Virus record (IMG/VR): IMGVR_UViG_3300046542_000227 | Coordinates: 124,001 to 188,000 of that record | DNA: 64,000 bases | Reading direction: 5' to 3' (one strand) | Part shown: piece by piece, positions 28,157 through 37,797 of the stretch | How positions within the stretch are numbered: the first letter of the stretch is position 1 | Layout of the letters: each line of letters opens with the position of its first letter | Position numbers and translations under genes: made by a program | Notes under the pieces: model-generated | What the model was told of the DNA's origin: nothing | Seen by the model: the letters and a program-made list of their open reading frames with translations, nothing else | Databases searched by the model: none

Positions 28157-28243
28157 CAAACTGGGGACCTCGGTCCCCAGCTTTCTTTTCTGTATCACTT
28201 CCTTTTTTACGCTGTACCCTAACTAATCTCGTGGAGACTTAAC

Positions 28244-28909
28244 ATGGCTACTATCAATGCTCAAATCACCGCTCAAGAAGCTAACCGTCTGGTGTTCCTC
28301 GATTCTCGTCGTGCTAGCTATGACGGTCGGGTCATCGAGTTCACCACTACCTACATTGATCACCTCGAAATCCGTGCTATACGTGAAGCTAACGGTAACA
28401 CTGTATCGAGCCGTGAGCTGGCTGGTTGGCCGGAACACCGTATCGCCAACGACAAAGGCATCATGGCCTTGTTCGCTTCTAACAAGAAGTGGAAACAAAT
28501 AAAGATGTGGATGGAATGCTACAAGGTCAAGCTGGACATCGTCGACCAAGCTCAAGTCACCTATCGTGGTAGTAGCTCGCAAGAAGAACTCCTGCATTGG
28601 GTTGAAACTGCTAACCTGATCGGTTACGGTTTCGGCATGATGTCTGGTGGTCCTTGGTCTAGCATGACGGACATCAGTCTGCATGATGCGCTGGGTATGA
28701 TCTACGGTGGTGCTCACAGTCAACTGCACGTCAAGATCCGTGTCGGTAGTTTGGAGATGTACCAGCCGTTCACTCACGTCGCTGCTCAATGCCCACGTCG
28801 GGAACATGAGCCAGTACGTGAAGAAGTAATCACCACTACCGCCGGTGAAGTTATCGGTGCCCTGCTGGGTGCTGGCTTGACCGCTTGGATGGGTCGTAAC
28901 AAACATTAA
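28244..28909 (+). CDS. Hypothetical protein
   Basis: 221 aa, GGAG RBS. Confidence 0.65.
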   Translation: MATINAQITAQEANRLVFLDSRRASYDGRVIEFTTTYIDHLEIRAIREANGNTVSSRELAGWPEHRIANDKGIMALFASNKKWKQIKMWMECYKVKLDIVDQAQVTYRGSSSQEELLHWVETANLIGYGFGMMSGGPWSSMTDISLHDALGMIYGGAHSQLHVKIRVGSLEMYQPFTHVAAQCPRREHEPVREEVITTTAGEVIGALLGAGLTAWMGRNKH

Positions 28910-28927
28910 TCCTCTTAAGGAATTGAC

Positions 28928-29275
28928 ATGTCTATTAATCTAGCTAACCACGTTGCACCTGTTGAGTTCATGACCACTGATGCCGGTCAGGTCTACATCT
29001 ACGTCAGCGACGTACTTGCTGACGGTGGTATGGACGCTGCAAGTATGGCTGCCTTGGCGTGGGCAGTCGAAGCTGTTGATCATGAAGACAAGGAAAACAA
29101 CCTAGCCCTGACTCTGGATATCCCAGCGTCGGTTGCGGCTTGCCTGGACTTCTACAATGAAGACAAGGCTGAGGGTATCACCATTGCACTCGAAGTCAAG
29201 CCACAGTTTGATGTCCTCCGGGCTAAGCTGGAGGAAGCAATAAAGATCATCGACAGTGTACGGTGGATTGAGTAA
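28928..29275 (+). CDS. Acidic hypothetical protein
   Basis: 115 aa, AAGGA RBS, terminator hairpin after stop. Confidence 0.65.
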   Translation: MSINLANHVAPVEFMTTDAGQVYIYVSDVLADGGMDAASMAALAWAVEAVDHEDKENNLALTLDIPASVAACLDFYNEDKAEGITIALEVKPQFDVLRAKLEEAIKIIDSVRWIE

Positions 29276-29369
29276 ACAACTGAGTGTGCCTACCCTTCGG
29301 GGTGGGCATTACTTTCTTTTTAATGTCTGGTGGTCTATTCTTTGTGACCCACCAACCTAGGCAATTGAG

Positions 29370-30044
29370 ATGTCAGTCGATATTACGAAGTACTTGATCG
29401 CTACTCCACTCCCGGTGTCATTGGAAAACCCAGTAGCCTTAGAACTGATGGGTGATGAAGCATTGCTCTACTGCCCAGAAGTAATCAGTCTGTTGGCTGA
29501 TGGTTCCGTACAGCTTACCGCTCCTACTAAAGGCGCATCCAGCAAGAGCACGCATCGTACACGTTGTGAATGGAAAGAACCTGAGTACTGGACTCTGGAC
29601 AGTGCGGCTAAACATTGGAGCCGTCAGGAAATGACGGTAACCAAAGTCAACGCTGCTGGGAAAGTAGTGATTGCGCAAGTCCATGTGAAGGACGCCACTA
29701 CACCACCGCTTAAAGTGTTCTGGAACAAAGGTAAGATTACCTGCGGTTTCCGTGCTAGCTTTGTTAGCCCAGAGATCGTTAACAGTACACTACATCCAGA
29801 TGTTCCTTTGGGTGCACGCTTTAAGATCAGCATCGGTGTTACTGCTGCTGGCTCGGTCTCGGTTAATGTGTTGTGCAACGGTGTGCCTTCAGCGAAGGTC
29901 ATGATGCGTCTGGGTAGTTCCTGGGATAACCAATGCCTCCAGTTCCATGGTGGTGTCTACAACCAGATCGATTATAGTGACGACACCTTAGCCGAAGATG
30001 GTTCGGTGTGCGTTATCCACGACCTCAGTACAACCCACGAGTAA
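29370..30044 (+). CDS. Polysaccharide lyase family 7 (alginate-lyase-like)
   Basis: RTRCEWKE, IAQVH and FHGGVYNQ correspond to the PL7 RxELR, QIH and YFKAGxYxQ motifs. Confidence 0.85.
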   Translation: MSVDITKYLIATPLPVSLENPVALELMGDEALLYCPEVISLLADGSVQLTAPTKGASSKSTHRTRCEWKEPEYWTLDSAAKHWSRQEMTVTKVNAAGKVVIAQVHVKDATTPPLKVFWNKGKITCGFRASFVSPEIVNSTLHPDVPLGARFKISIGVTAAGSVSVNVLCNGVPSAKVMMRLGSSWDNQCLQFHGGVYNQIDYSDDTLAEDGSVCVIHDLSTTHE

Positions 30045-30102
30045 AACATATACCCTCTACCTTAATGCGGTAGAGGGTTTTATTCCGTTTAGGAGTTTCG
30101 AC

Positions 30103-30954
30103 ATGCTAACTAAAGAACAATGGAAAGCCTGGTACGACTACCGTGTACAGTTCACCAAGGATACTACCGGTCGTGAAGAAGAAGAGTCCTACCTGAAGAT
30201 CTTTGCTGATCTCTTCGACATCACTACCTACGACGATGACATGGATGAGTACTTCGGTCAGAAGATCCTCACCGTGTTGCTCAGCATCGTTAACAAAACC
30301 CACTGTGATTACCATGTAGAGCGTCAGGGTTACATTGACTACCTGATGGTCTGCCAGTTCAAGGGTGTCTACCCATTACTGGAGTGGGGTACATCGATCC
30401 GTACTGCATGGATCAACCCGCCAGATAAAGGTTGGGATCTGAATGACGTGCTGGGTGATTATTGTGGTGCTCCAGCTGGCCCTGTCCTGCGTACTCGTGC
30501 AGAGATCGAAAGCTTTATCTTGATCACGGCCGAACTGATCGTAGAGCAAGTGGCTGAGGTGCACCGGAATGCTGCTGACGCTATTGCTGCCAGCACTGCG
30601 ACAGAAGTATCGTGGATTGCACGCATGGCGCCCACCATCGACATGCCGCTGCCGTCTCTAGCCGAAGTCTACTCAGACGACCAGCGTGTTCTGCACCACA
30701 CCCACTTGGCAGCTCTTACTGCCGAAGTAAACAAAGTCCTGGGTGTAACGCTGGGCAATACACACGTTAGCTCCATCGAACAACTGGACCTGCTTATCCG
30801 CGATACCGTAACCAACATGTTAGGGGCCAACGACGGCAGTACGCTTACTACCGGCGCTACCGCCACAGTAACAATGCGTCGTGGTGATCAGAAGATTGCT
30901 TGGCAGATCATCCTCGAAGCACACGGCCTTACCGCTGAAATCATAATCGACTAA
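30103..30954 (+). CDS. Hypothetical protein
   Basis: AGGAG RBS places start at 30103. Confidence 0.65.
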   Translation: MLTKEQWKAWYDYRVQFTKDTTGREEEESYLKIFADLFDITTYDDDMDEYFGQKILTVLLSIVNKTHCDYHVERQGYIDYLMVCQFKGVYPLLEWGTSIRTAWINPPDKGWDLNDVLGDYCGAPAGPVLRTRAEIESFILITAELIVEQVAEVHRNAADAIAASTATEVSWIARMAPTIDMPLPSLAEVYSDDQRVLHHTHLAALTAEVNKVLGVTLGNTHVSSIEQLDLLIRDTVTNMLGANDGSTLTTGATATVTMRRGDQKIAWQIILEAHGLTAEIIID

Positions 30955-30970
30955 GTACAAGGAGTAGACC

Positions 30971-31498
30971 ATGGAACATTCTCAGAAAGCATTGGATCTG
31001 TTAGAAGATAGTCTCGACGATGACTTCTGGACCGGGCAAGAACTGGATCCAGAGATCAACGTTGTTCAGTTGGAAATGGTTCTGCGTCAGTATGGCTTCC
31101 CGGGGCTGGTGGATCTGGCTACGGTGCGTTATGCCGTTAAGAACAGCGACGATCGTACTACCCGTATCGGCATCGTTACCGATAAGTTCTTCTACGAGAT
31201 CGATGCTGATAACCTGCTGATGCGTACAGCTATGGTTGGTCGTTGGCCACTGGTCATGGATCAAGCCACCTTTGATCTGTATCGCCACCACAGCAAGAAC
31301 CCAAGCCAGGTGATTACTTGGCCTGCTGGTGTTACCCACTTCGAACTGACCAAGGTGTCGTACGACGTCATGCGTTGGGAAATCCCAGAACTGGGTGACC
31401 GTGGACACAATGTCCAACTGCGGCGTTCTGCCGATATCCACAAGTCACCAACCACTATCTACATCGGCGATCCAGTGCCGAACGAGGAAGAAGAATGA
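30971..31498 (+). CDS. Hypothetical protein
   Basis: 175 aa, AAGGAG RBS. Confidence 0.65.
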   Translation: MEHSQKALDLLEDSLDDDFWTGQELDPEINVVQLEMVLRQYGFPGLVDLATVRYAVKNSDDRTTRIGIVTDKFFYEIDADNLLMRTAMVGRWPLVMDQATFDLYRHHSKNPSQVITWPAGVTHFELTKVSYDVMRWEIPELGDRGHNVQLRRSADIHKSPTTIYIGDPVPNEEEE

Positions 31499-32214
31499 GC
31501 ACTCCATTCGTAAGCGTCCCAACCGCTAGCCGTGTTTTCTGCAAGTGTCCACTGTGTGAGCAACATGAGTTCGGTGTTAGCCACCTGTTCCACGATGCGG
31601 CTAAATCGGAGAAGGGCTTCTATGAAGTGCACTGGAGCTGCAGTCAGTGTCATGCTAAGTTCGACATCCGTATCTTCGCCGATCGACATGTGGAGTTCTC
31701 ACAGTCCGGTGTGAATGAAGATCCGTTCATCGAGTCGGTCGTGCTGCTGCGGTCGAATACTGGTACCGATGCCCACCCGATCTATGCGGTCGTGCGCACG
31801 CGTTCCTTCAAGAAATCCTTGGAGGAAGAGAAAGCAGAACCAGGTAGTTCGGCCATGCATTTCTACTACACCGAAAACACTTGCCCTACCAACTGGTTCC
31901 GTGACACAGTTGCATTGATCCAAGACGGTGACGATGACCCGCATGGTTGCTTTGAGTTCCTAGCTGCTCGTTCGGAAGCTGAAGTCATTGCGGCACTGAA
32001 GCTTAACTCTGGAGTCGACATGCAGCAGTACGACGAGAAAGACCCGACTGACTTCATCAAAGATAACGTCCGGTTGATCTTCCCTGAACTGTTCGAAGGT
32101 GGTGATACCTTCGACGCTGAGCGCGGCTTAGTTGGTATTGAAATCGAAATGCCGAAGGATGGCTCGCTAGGTCGTGGGGCTTCGTCGGTTCTGTTGATTG
32201 CACCTAAGGACTAA
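31495..32214 (+). CDS. Zinc-ribbon-containing hypothetical protein
   Basis: CKCPLC...CSQC; ATGA overlap. Confidence 0.65.
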   Translation: MSTPFVSVPTASRVFCKCPLCEQHEFGVSHLFHDAAKSEKGFYEVHWSCSQCHAKFDIRIFADRHVEFSQSGVNEDPFIESVVLLRSNTGTDAHPIYAVVRTRSFKKSLEEEKAEPGSSAMHFYYTENTCPTNWFRDTVALIQDGDDDPHGCFEFLAARSEAEVIAALKLNSGVDMQQYDEKDPTDFIKDNVRLIFPELFEGGDTFDAERGLVGIEIEMPKDGSLGRGASSVLLIAPKD

Positions 32215-32216
32215 AG

Positions 32217-32528
32217 ATGTGTAACAATGCTGAGGGTTATGTTTGGACAGCTGCTCAACGTAACCGTCTACGATACGCCTCCTTTAAACGGGAGGCTACT
32301 ATTCGACAGAAGGTCATGATCAATGGCAAGATCTTCCCTAACCTAACACAAGCTGCTAAGGCTTTGGGTGTAAGTGCCAAGACCGTGAAGCGTTGGGCTA
32401 CTGAAGGTATCCCTGCACAGTCTGCTCGAAATGGCGATGTGTCCAAAGAACTGCTGGCTTCGATAAAACTAATCCAAATGGTAGATGAGGTTAATCCCAA
32501 TGCGATCCCGGGTTCGGCGCTACAATAA
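32217..32528 (+). CDS. NUMOD1/HTH-like DNA-binding protein
   Basis: KVMINGKIFPNLTQAAKALGVSAKTVKRW pattern. Confidence 0.65.
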   Translation: MCNNAEGYVWTAAQRNRLRYASFKREATIRQKVMINGKIFPNLTQAAKALGVSAKTVKRWATEGIPAQSARNGDVSKELLASIKLIQMVDEVNPNAIPGSALQ

Positions 32529-32841
32529 GCTCAGGCTATTGCTTGGGTGGCTTTATGTGGTTGGTTTCTGTATTGCCATCGGTGCAACACGACCGCTGGT
32601 CTACGCTTGGCAATACTGGCAAGGTTGGCGCTTACGTACATTGGCTGATGAAGCTACGGTGTTGTCACTTGCCCGTACTTACAACCGTCAACTGTATCCC
32701 ACGATACAGGGTTTTGTTAGTTCGTTCTTCCTAGGTGGTGCTCACTTTACTTACATGAGACTACCGTGTTGGCAACCCGGACTAAACAAAACAGTTATCT
32801 CAAGTGGTTCGTTCAAGCTTGTCATTATATCTCACCTTTGA
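32485..32841 (+). CDS. Possible membrane protein
   Basis: Hydrophobic LLLGWLYVVGFCIAIG segment; overlaps both neighbours. Confidence 0.4.
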   Translation: MRLIPMRSRVRRYNKLRLLLGWLYVVGFCIAIGATRPLVYAWQYWQGWRLRTLADEATVLSLARTYNRQLYPTIQGFVSSFFLGGAHFTYMRLPCWQPGLNKTVISSGSFKLVIISHL

Positions 32842-32851
32842 GGGGAAACGT

Positions 32852-33274
32852 ATGTCCTGGGTTACTAGCGAAGCAGTTAACCGTTTGAGTGAAGTATTCG
32901 TTCGTGGTGTGGTCAGTGGTGACATGGCCGATAAAGGGGTTGAAGACGTACTGATCATGTTGATGGTTAACGCCATCGTGGGTCTGCCCGACAAGATGGT
33001 ACGTAGCAACATCGTCATCGGTCGTAAACCACTTCCTGAGGGAGCGCTATACGAGATCCACATGTTGGAACGCGGTCAGGAACGTGAATTGCCTTCTGTC
33101 GTTACTGTCAAGATGACCGCCAAGTCCACAGTCGAGGAATTCTGGTACGGTACAGAGCGACCGGCTAACTACGACTACGTGGTGATGATGGCTAACCATA
33201 CGGCGTTCTTGTACGACATCTTCTACGTCTACGAGCAATTGTTCAACGTGGACCTCGTCCGCGGTAAGTGGTAA
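32852..33274 (+). CDS. Hypothetical protein
   Basis: GAGGGG RBS places start at 32852. Confidence 0.6.
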   Translation: MSWVTSEAVNRLSEVFVRGVVSGDMADKGVEDVLIMLMVNAIVGLPDKMVRSNIVIGRKPLPEGALYEIHMLERGQERELPSVVTVKMTAKSTVEEFWYGTERPANYDYVVMMANHTAFLYDIFYVYEQLFNVDLVRGKW

Positions 33275-33328
33275 CAAGCGACATAAAACCCCTCCCGTAA
33301 CTGGGAGGGGCTTATGCCGTTTTTCTTT

Positions 33329-34972
33329 TTACGTGCGGTACACGGACAGTGCAGTTGTTGCCAAATGCAGGTCAGTGTCGTAGGTGCGTTTAATCCAGCG
33401 GATGAACAGCAACTCACCATTGGCCAAATCGTTGTTGACGATCTGATCTTTGTTCCAGTCCCCTACTGGGAACTCGTAAGCGTTGTTCATGAACTGCAGG
33501 ATGAAGTGAGTCGGTTGCGGCGCATCTTCCTCGACTTCGATGTTGAACAGTGGTTCGGCAGCGTAGTACATCTGATTCAGCCAATTCGCCATGGTGGTGT
33601 TACCCATGCCGAGGTTCAGCTTCCAGTTGTTCACGCTGACGTAACGCATGCTGGCGATCATGCTGCGACCATAGCCTGCGGTTTGGTTCGGGGTGAACAG
33701 GATTTCCCAGTTCGCCGGTTGGTTGTCACCGCTGTTGAGCAACGCGATGCGCATGGTCTGCACATGACGGTACTGAGCGAAGCGACCATCGACCTTGTTG
33801 ATGTCGATTGCCACGGTGATTTCCTGAACCACACCGTAAGACTTCGGATCGAACGGATTGGAGTTGGTGCCCAACTCGACGTACGGAGTGACGTTGTAGA
33901 ACGTCTGACGATCGAGGTTGTACATCCAGTACTCCATCCGGTAGCCCAGTGCAGCACTGACCCAGATCGGATAGCCGAACAGTTTGATTTCGTAAGCACC
34001 ATCAGCTGCCACAGTACGTGCACTGTAATCAACCGACAGGGTGCGGTTCAACGAAGGCACCATGTTGAAGCTGACTTCATCGTCAGCCAGTTGATAGTTC
34101 AGAACCATCGGGAACTGCTGGCCGATCTCGGTAGCGATGTAGTTACGCAGGCCGAACAGAGTGAACTGTCCACCGTTAACCGACTGACGCGAGATCGTGC
34201 CATCGCTGTAGGTAACGATCGCAGTCAACGGCAAGGATTCTACCGTAACGTTGAGCGGGAAGCCTACAACTTGTGGATCAGCCGAGGAGATGAACGGCGA
34301 GTCCAGATGGATGCCCTGTACGTAACGCTTGCTAGCGTCAGCACGACGGATCGCTTTGGAGTTCTGGATCAACAGTTGAGCTTGGGATACCGGAGTGCCT
34401 TGCTCACCGTAGAACACCACAGTAACGAGCTGACCATTGTCAAACGCTTCCATGGTGTACCCAGGCGCTGGCGCTTTAGCCGGCTTGCTGGTCACCGGGT
34501 CGTAGATCTCTTCGATTGGCACGGCGGTCCCGAGGAACGTCCCCGATGGATCGTACATAGCCGAGATCACCTTACCGAACTCTTCCGAGATGTCAGCACC
34601 CAAGAAGACTTGGTAATGCTGCATTTCACGGTGGTAGCTGTGCAGACGGTAATCTGGGGTCAGCGTGTGCGGAGTAACCGAGGTATCCAAGAACATCCGG
34701 AAAGATTCCGAACTGTAACCAGGACCTACGGCAACCAGTTTCGCATCAGCATCGCCATCAGAATCAACCGGTGGCTTCCATGGTACCAACACCGAATAAC
34801 CGGTGGTGATGTCCACATCCACTACACGGAAGTAACCTTGGGCCCAGTCCAAGATCTTGTCGTCTTTGTTCGGTACCCATTTGCCGTCGCTACCTGGGGC
34901 AACGATTTCCCAGCGGCCAAACTCGCGATAGCCCCGCTCGGGGTCGCGATAAACAGAATCATCAAAAGCCAT
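33329..34972 (-). CDS. Virion structural protein (phiKZ gp26-like, baseplate region)
   Basis: 547 aa; position in the conserved block before the sheath. Confidence 0.7.
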   Translation of the reverse strand: MAFDDSVYRDPERGYREFGRWEIVAPGSDGKWVPNKDDKILDWAQGYFRVVDVDITTGYSVLVPWKPPVDSDGDADAKLVAVGPGYSSESFRMFLDTSVTPHTLTPDYRLHSYHREMQHYQVFLGADISEEFGKVISAMYDPSGTFLGTAVPIEEIYDPVTSKPAKAPAPGYTMEAFDNGQLVTVVFYGEQGTPVSQAQLLIQNSKAIRRADASKRYVQGIHLDSPFISSADPQVVGFPLNVTVESLPLTAIVTYSDGTISRQSVNGGQFTLFGLRNYIATEIGQQFPMVLNYQLADDEVSFNMVPSLNRTLSVDYSARTVAADGAYEIKLFGYPIWVSAALGYRMEYWMYNLDRQTFYNVTPYVELGTNSNPFDPKSYGVVQEITVAIDINKVDGRFAQYRHVQTMRIALLNSGDNQPANWEILFTPNQTAGYGRSMIASMRYVSVNNWKLNLGMGNTTMANWLNQMYYAAEPLFNIEVEEDAPQPTHFILQFMNNAYEFPVGDWNKDQIVNNDLANGELLFIRWIKRTYDTDLHLATTALSVYRT

Positions 34973-34975
34973 GGT

Positions 34976-37663
34976 TTATATCCCGTTGTCAACGAAGACA
35001 AACACTGAGACATCTGGAGGTACCTGGAGGTACGTCTTCAATGCCCGTTTCAAGAAGTTGTAGCGTTCGATTGGTAGCCCCACCGGAGCCCCTTTCCAAT
35101 GCGGGTAAACCTGCACATGGTTTTCGTTGTATGCTCGGTTAGCCAGATCGTGTTCCAACAACCATTCGTAGCTAGCCAGCCACGTACGGATATCGGCTTC
35201 ACTGTAGTGATCCATAATCCCTGGAGGATTCAGATACCCAGCTTTCAGGTCATGTACCAGCTTGTTGGCAAAGCACGACACCACAGCGTATTGCCGGGTA
35301 ATCGTGTCGACTGGTCCACGCACACGTTTCGGATACAGGTTGCCCATGTAAGCACCCACCGCAGCATCTTTAGCATTGTCCTCATCCCGGGCCTTACAGT
35401 CGTAGATGTAGACATCGCGGAACACCATCGGTGGAGTCTGGATGCTGTACGGTGCACCGTTACGCTCATCGGTAACCAACACCGTGCCCCACTCCTCTTC
35501 GAAATGCAGAGTAGCCGGATCGCGGTAGTGACCATCGATGATGATCCGTTGGACCTTGTGAGTGTGCAGGTTGTAGGTTGCATCGTTAGACAGCAGACCG
35601 TACTCGATGAACCCGAACTCCGATTGAACCGGACGGGTCAGATCACCTTCACACATGCCGTAACCACGCACGAGGATATCCTGCATTGCCGTAGCATTCA
35701 GGTATTCCATGTTGTGGATCACGATCTCAGGCCACTTGACGGTGTAGTCAAGGTCTTCAATAAGCGGACGTTTGTTGAGGAAGATATCGAGCTGAGCGAA
35801 TGGTACTTCCAGCAGCTTGTATTGATCCAAGCCCTGGTGGGTTTCATAGCTCGCCACACTGAAGCGCAACTGACCCGCGTCCTTATTAAGGCTCAGGGTG
35901 TAGTTGAGGAAGGCGTCGTCTTGACGAACGCAGCCATACCACTGGGTTTCGTCATACGACCACACCCAACGAGGGGTAGGTCCAGACTCATCCATGTAGC
36001 CCCAATCGATGCGGTTCGGTAGATCCGTGATATCAAGCCAGCCACCCTGCTGTATCCCCGCGTACAGTGCAACCACGTAGATACGGTAGTTGTAGCCATC
36101 CTTGAGTGTGACAGGAGTTTTGTCGTAAACCGTGTTCAGGGAGTTCCCACCCTTACCGACGATTGCTTCAACCCGCACTGCCGCAGTATTACGAACTGGA
36201 TAACGACGACCCGCCGCATGATAGTGGTATTCCAGCATGACCCCAGCGGCATCGAACTCATACACCGTGGCATTATACCAGTAGGCATAAGCAAGCTCAG
36301 CTTCACGACGACCGCCGTTGTTAGCTACCAGAGCAGGGGTTTTAGCCAGAATGCTAGCAGCAGCGTGATAACCAAACACAGCCCCAGCAAACTCTTGCGC
36401 AGCACTCTTCTGTTCTGTGGTGACGTCCGGATCCATGTAACCGATCGGTACGACCTGGGATTGTGGCGCACCCATGAACTTGACGTAGGCCGCCTTCTCC
36501 AAGTTAGCCGCTTTCCACAAGGCCAAGGACGAGTTCACCCCAGTCATTGCAGCCACTACCCGAGCATCCGACATCCGGTAGAGCTCATGGATACGAGACG
36601 CTTCCGGTTGGAGTGGACGGTCATAACCAGACTGACGGAAATACACCCGCAGTTTGAGTTCAGACAGACTGGTCCACTTGTCTTCGGTGAACTTGGTCGC
36701 ATCGATGATAAAGCGTGGATCGGTTGGGTGGTTCTGCATGAAGCTGTTCAGCCGTTCCACTGGGACCGAGTAGTCCTTGTGAGTCAGCTGGCGCACCCAG
36801 TTACCTTCGTTACGATGGTAAGTCGCCCCGAGGAACCGTCCATTGCCACCACCTTCCTTAATAAGGAAGATATCCAGGTCGTCGTAGAACTTGATCGACT
36901 TAACCGTTGGATCGTTGTAGTGGATGAGGAACTTGTTCTCGTTGTCCAACGTCGACAGGAACGTTGGGATGCTACTCAACGGAAAGTCAATGTACTTATC
37001 GATCGACGAATCGATGATCAGTTCCATCGCATCGCCCGGTGAGCAGTTCATCAAGCTCAAGGCATTACTGAAGCGACCGTTGACGTAGTAATACGGCGTG
37101 CGCCCTGGCCGTGCTGTAACCGCTTGGTTCATGGCGATCTGCAGTGCAACTACTTCCTGAGTCGACTTCGGGGTACCACCCATCACGAACACGTACTTAC
37201 GTGCCGCATCGGTCGAACGCTCGGAATCGAAATAGGCGTTATTGTAAAAGCGCAGATAAACGTCTTGCAGATCCAGCGTGTGCACCCGTTCGTTGATCTT
37301 GACGGCAACGATCAGGTTCTTGGTCTTGGTCAGCAACAGGTGAACGTTGTGACGTGGGAACTGAATCCCGTTGTTCAGGTACAGCTCCGAATACAACGCT
37401 GTCTCGTTGGCGATATCAGCCAACGACATCCAGTCATTGTAACGCTTCGGAATACCCAGTAGCGTCGGCTCTACTTTGCCGATCTGGTAGATCTGGTAAT
37501 AATCGCGCTCGGTCGGCAGTAGGTACCGTTCGAAGTCGACAGTGTAGGCTGTGTGCACACCAGAGCGAGGGGATAGCCGCACGAGACGATACACGTGCTG
37601 CCGGTCCATCGATGGGTTACACCAAACCGTACTGATCGCATGGCGCAGAAGGTACTCGTTCAT
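34976..37663 (-). CDS. Virion structural protein (phiKZ gp27-like, baseplate region)
   Basis: 895 aa; size and synteny. Confidence 0.7.
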   Translation of the reverse strand: MNEYLLRHAISTVWCNPSMDRQHVYRLVRLSPRSGVHTAYTVDFERYLLPTERDYYQIYQIGKVEPTLLGIPKRYNDWMSLADIANETALYSELYLNNGIQFPRHNVHLLLTKTKNLIVAVKINERVHTLDLQDVYLRFYNNAYFDSERSTDAARKYVFVMGGTPKSTQEVVALQIAMNQAVTARPGRTPYYYVNGRFSNALSLMNCSPGDAMELIIDSSIDKYIDFPLSSIPTFLSTLDNENKFLIHYNDPTVKSIKFYDDLDIFLIKEGGGNGRFLGATYHRNEGNWVRQLTHKDYSVPVERLNSFMQNHPTDPRFIIDATKFTEDKWTSLSELKLRVYFRQSGYDRPLQPEASRIHELYRMSDARVVAAMTGVNSSLALWKAANLEKAAYVKFMGAPQSQVVPIGYMDPDVTTEQKSAAQEFAGAVFGYHAAASILAKTPALVANNGGRREAELAYAYWYNATVYEFDAAGVMLEYHYHAAGRRYPVRNTAAVRVEAIVGKGGNSLNTVYDKTPVTLKDGYNYRIYVVALYAGIQQGGWLDITDLPNRIDWGYMDESGPTPRWVWSYDETQWYGCVRQDDAFLNYTLSLNKDAGQLRFSVASYETHQGLDQYKLLEVPFAQLDIFLNKRPLIEDLDYTVKWPEIVIHNMEYLNATAMQDILVRGYGMCEGDLTRPVQSEFGFIEYGLLSNDATYNLHTHKVQRIIIDGHYRDPATLHFEEEWGTVLVTDERNGAPYSIQTPPMVFRDVYIYDCKARDEDNAKDAAVGAYMGNLYPKRVRGPVDTITRQYAVVSCFANKLVHDLKAGYLNPPGIMDHYSEADIRTWLASYEWLLEHDLANRAYNENHVQVYPHWKGAPVGLPIERYNFLKRALKTYLQVPPDVSVFVFVDNGI

Positions 37664-37715
37664 TTAGGCTACCTGTGAACTGAGGTGACAAATTATACTG
37701 GCATGCTTAGTTAAA

Positions 37716-37731
37716 GCTCATAACATCGAGT
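37716..37731 (-). promoter_or_regulatory. Putative late promoter ACTCGATGTTATGAGC; identical 16-mer at 38809-38824
   Basis: Exact 16-nt repeat ahead of two consecutive minus-strand structural genes; contains the TATG core known for phiKZ nvRNAP late promoters. Confidence 0.65.
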
Positions 37732-37797
37732 GCTATGCTATCAAGACATAAAGCCCTCCCCTTTCACGGGGGAGGGTATATGCCGCGTTGTGTGAAA

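Noticed and set aside
29370-29450. SLE and ALE in the PL7 N-terminus as prohead-protease sites
   Set aside because: They fall within the expected first strands of the PL7 fold and the gene lies in an early cluster; likely coincidence
35014-35033. Direct repeat CTGGAGGTAC x2
   Set aside because: Only two copies, inside coding sequence; no sign of function
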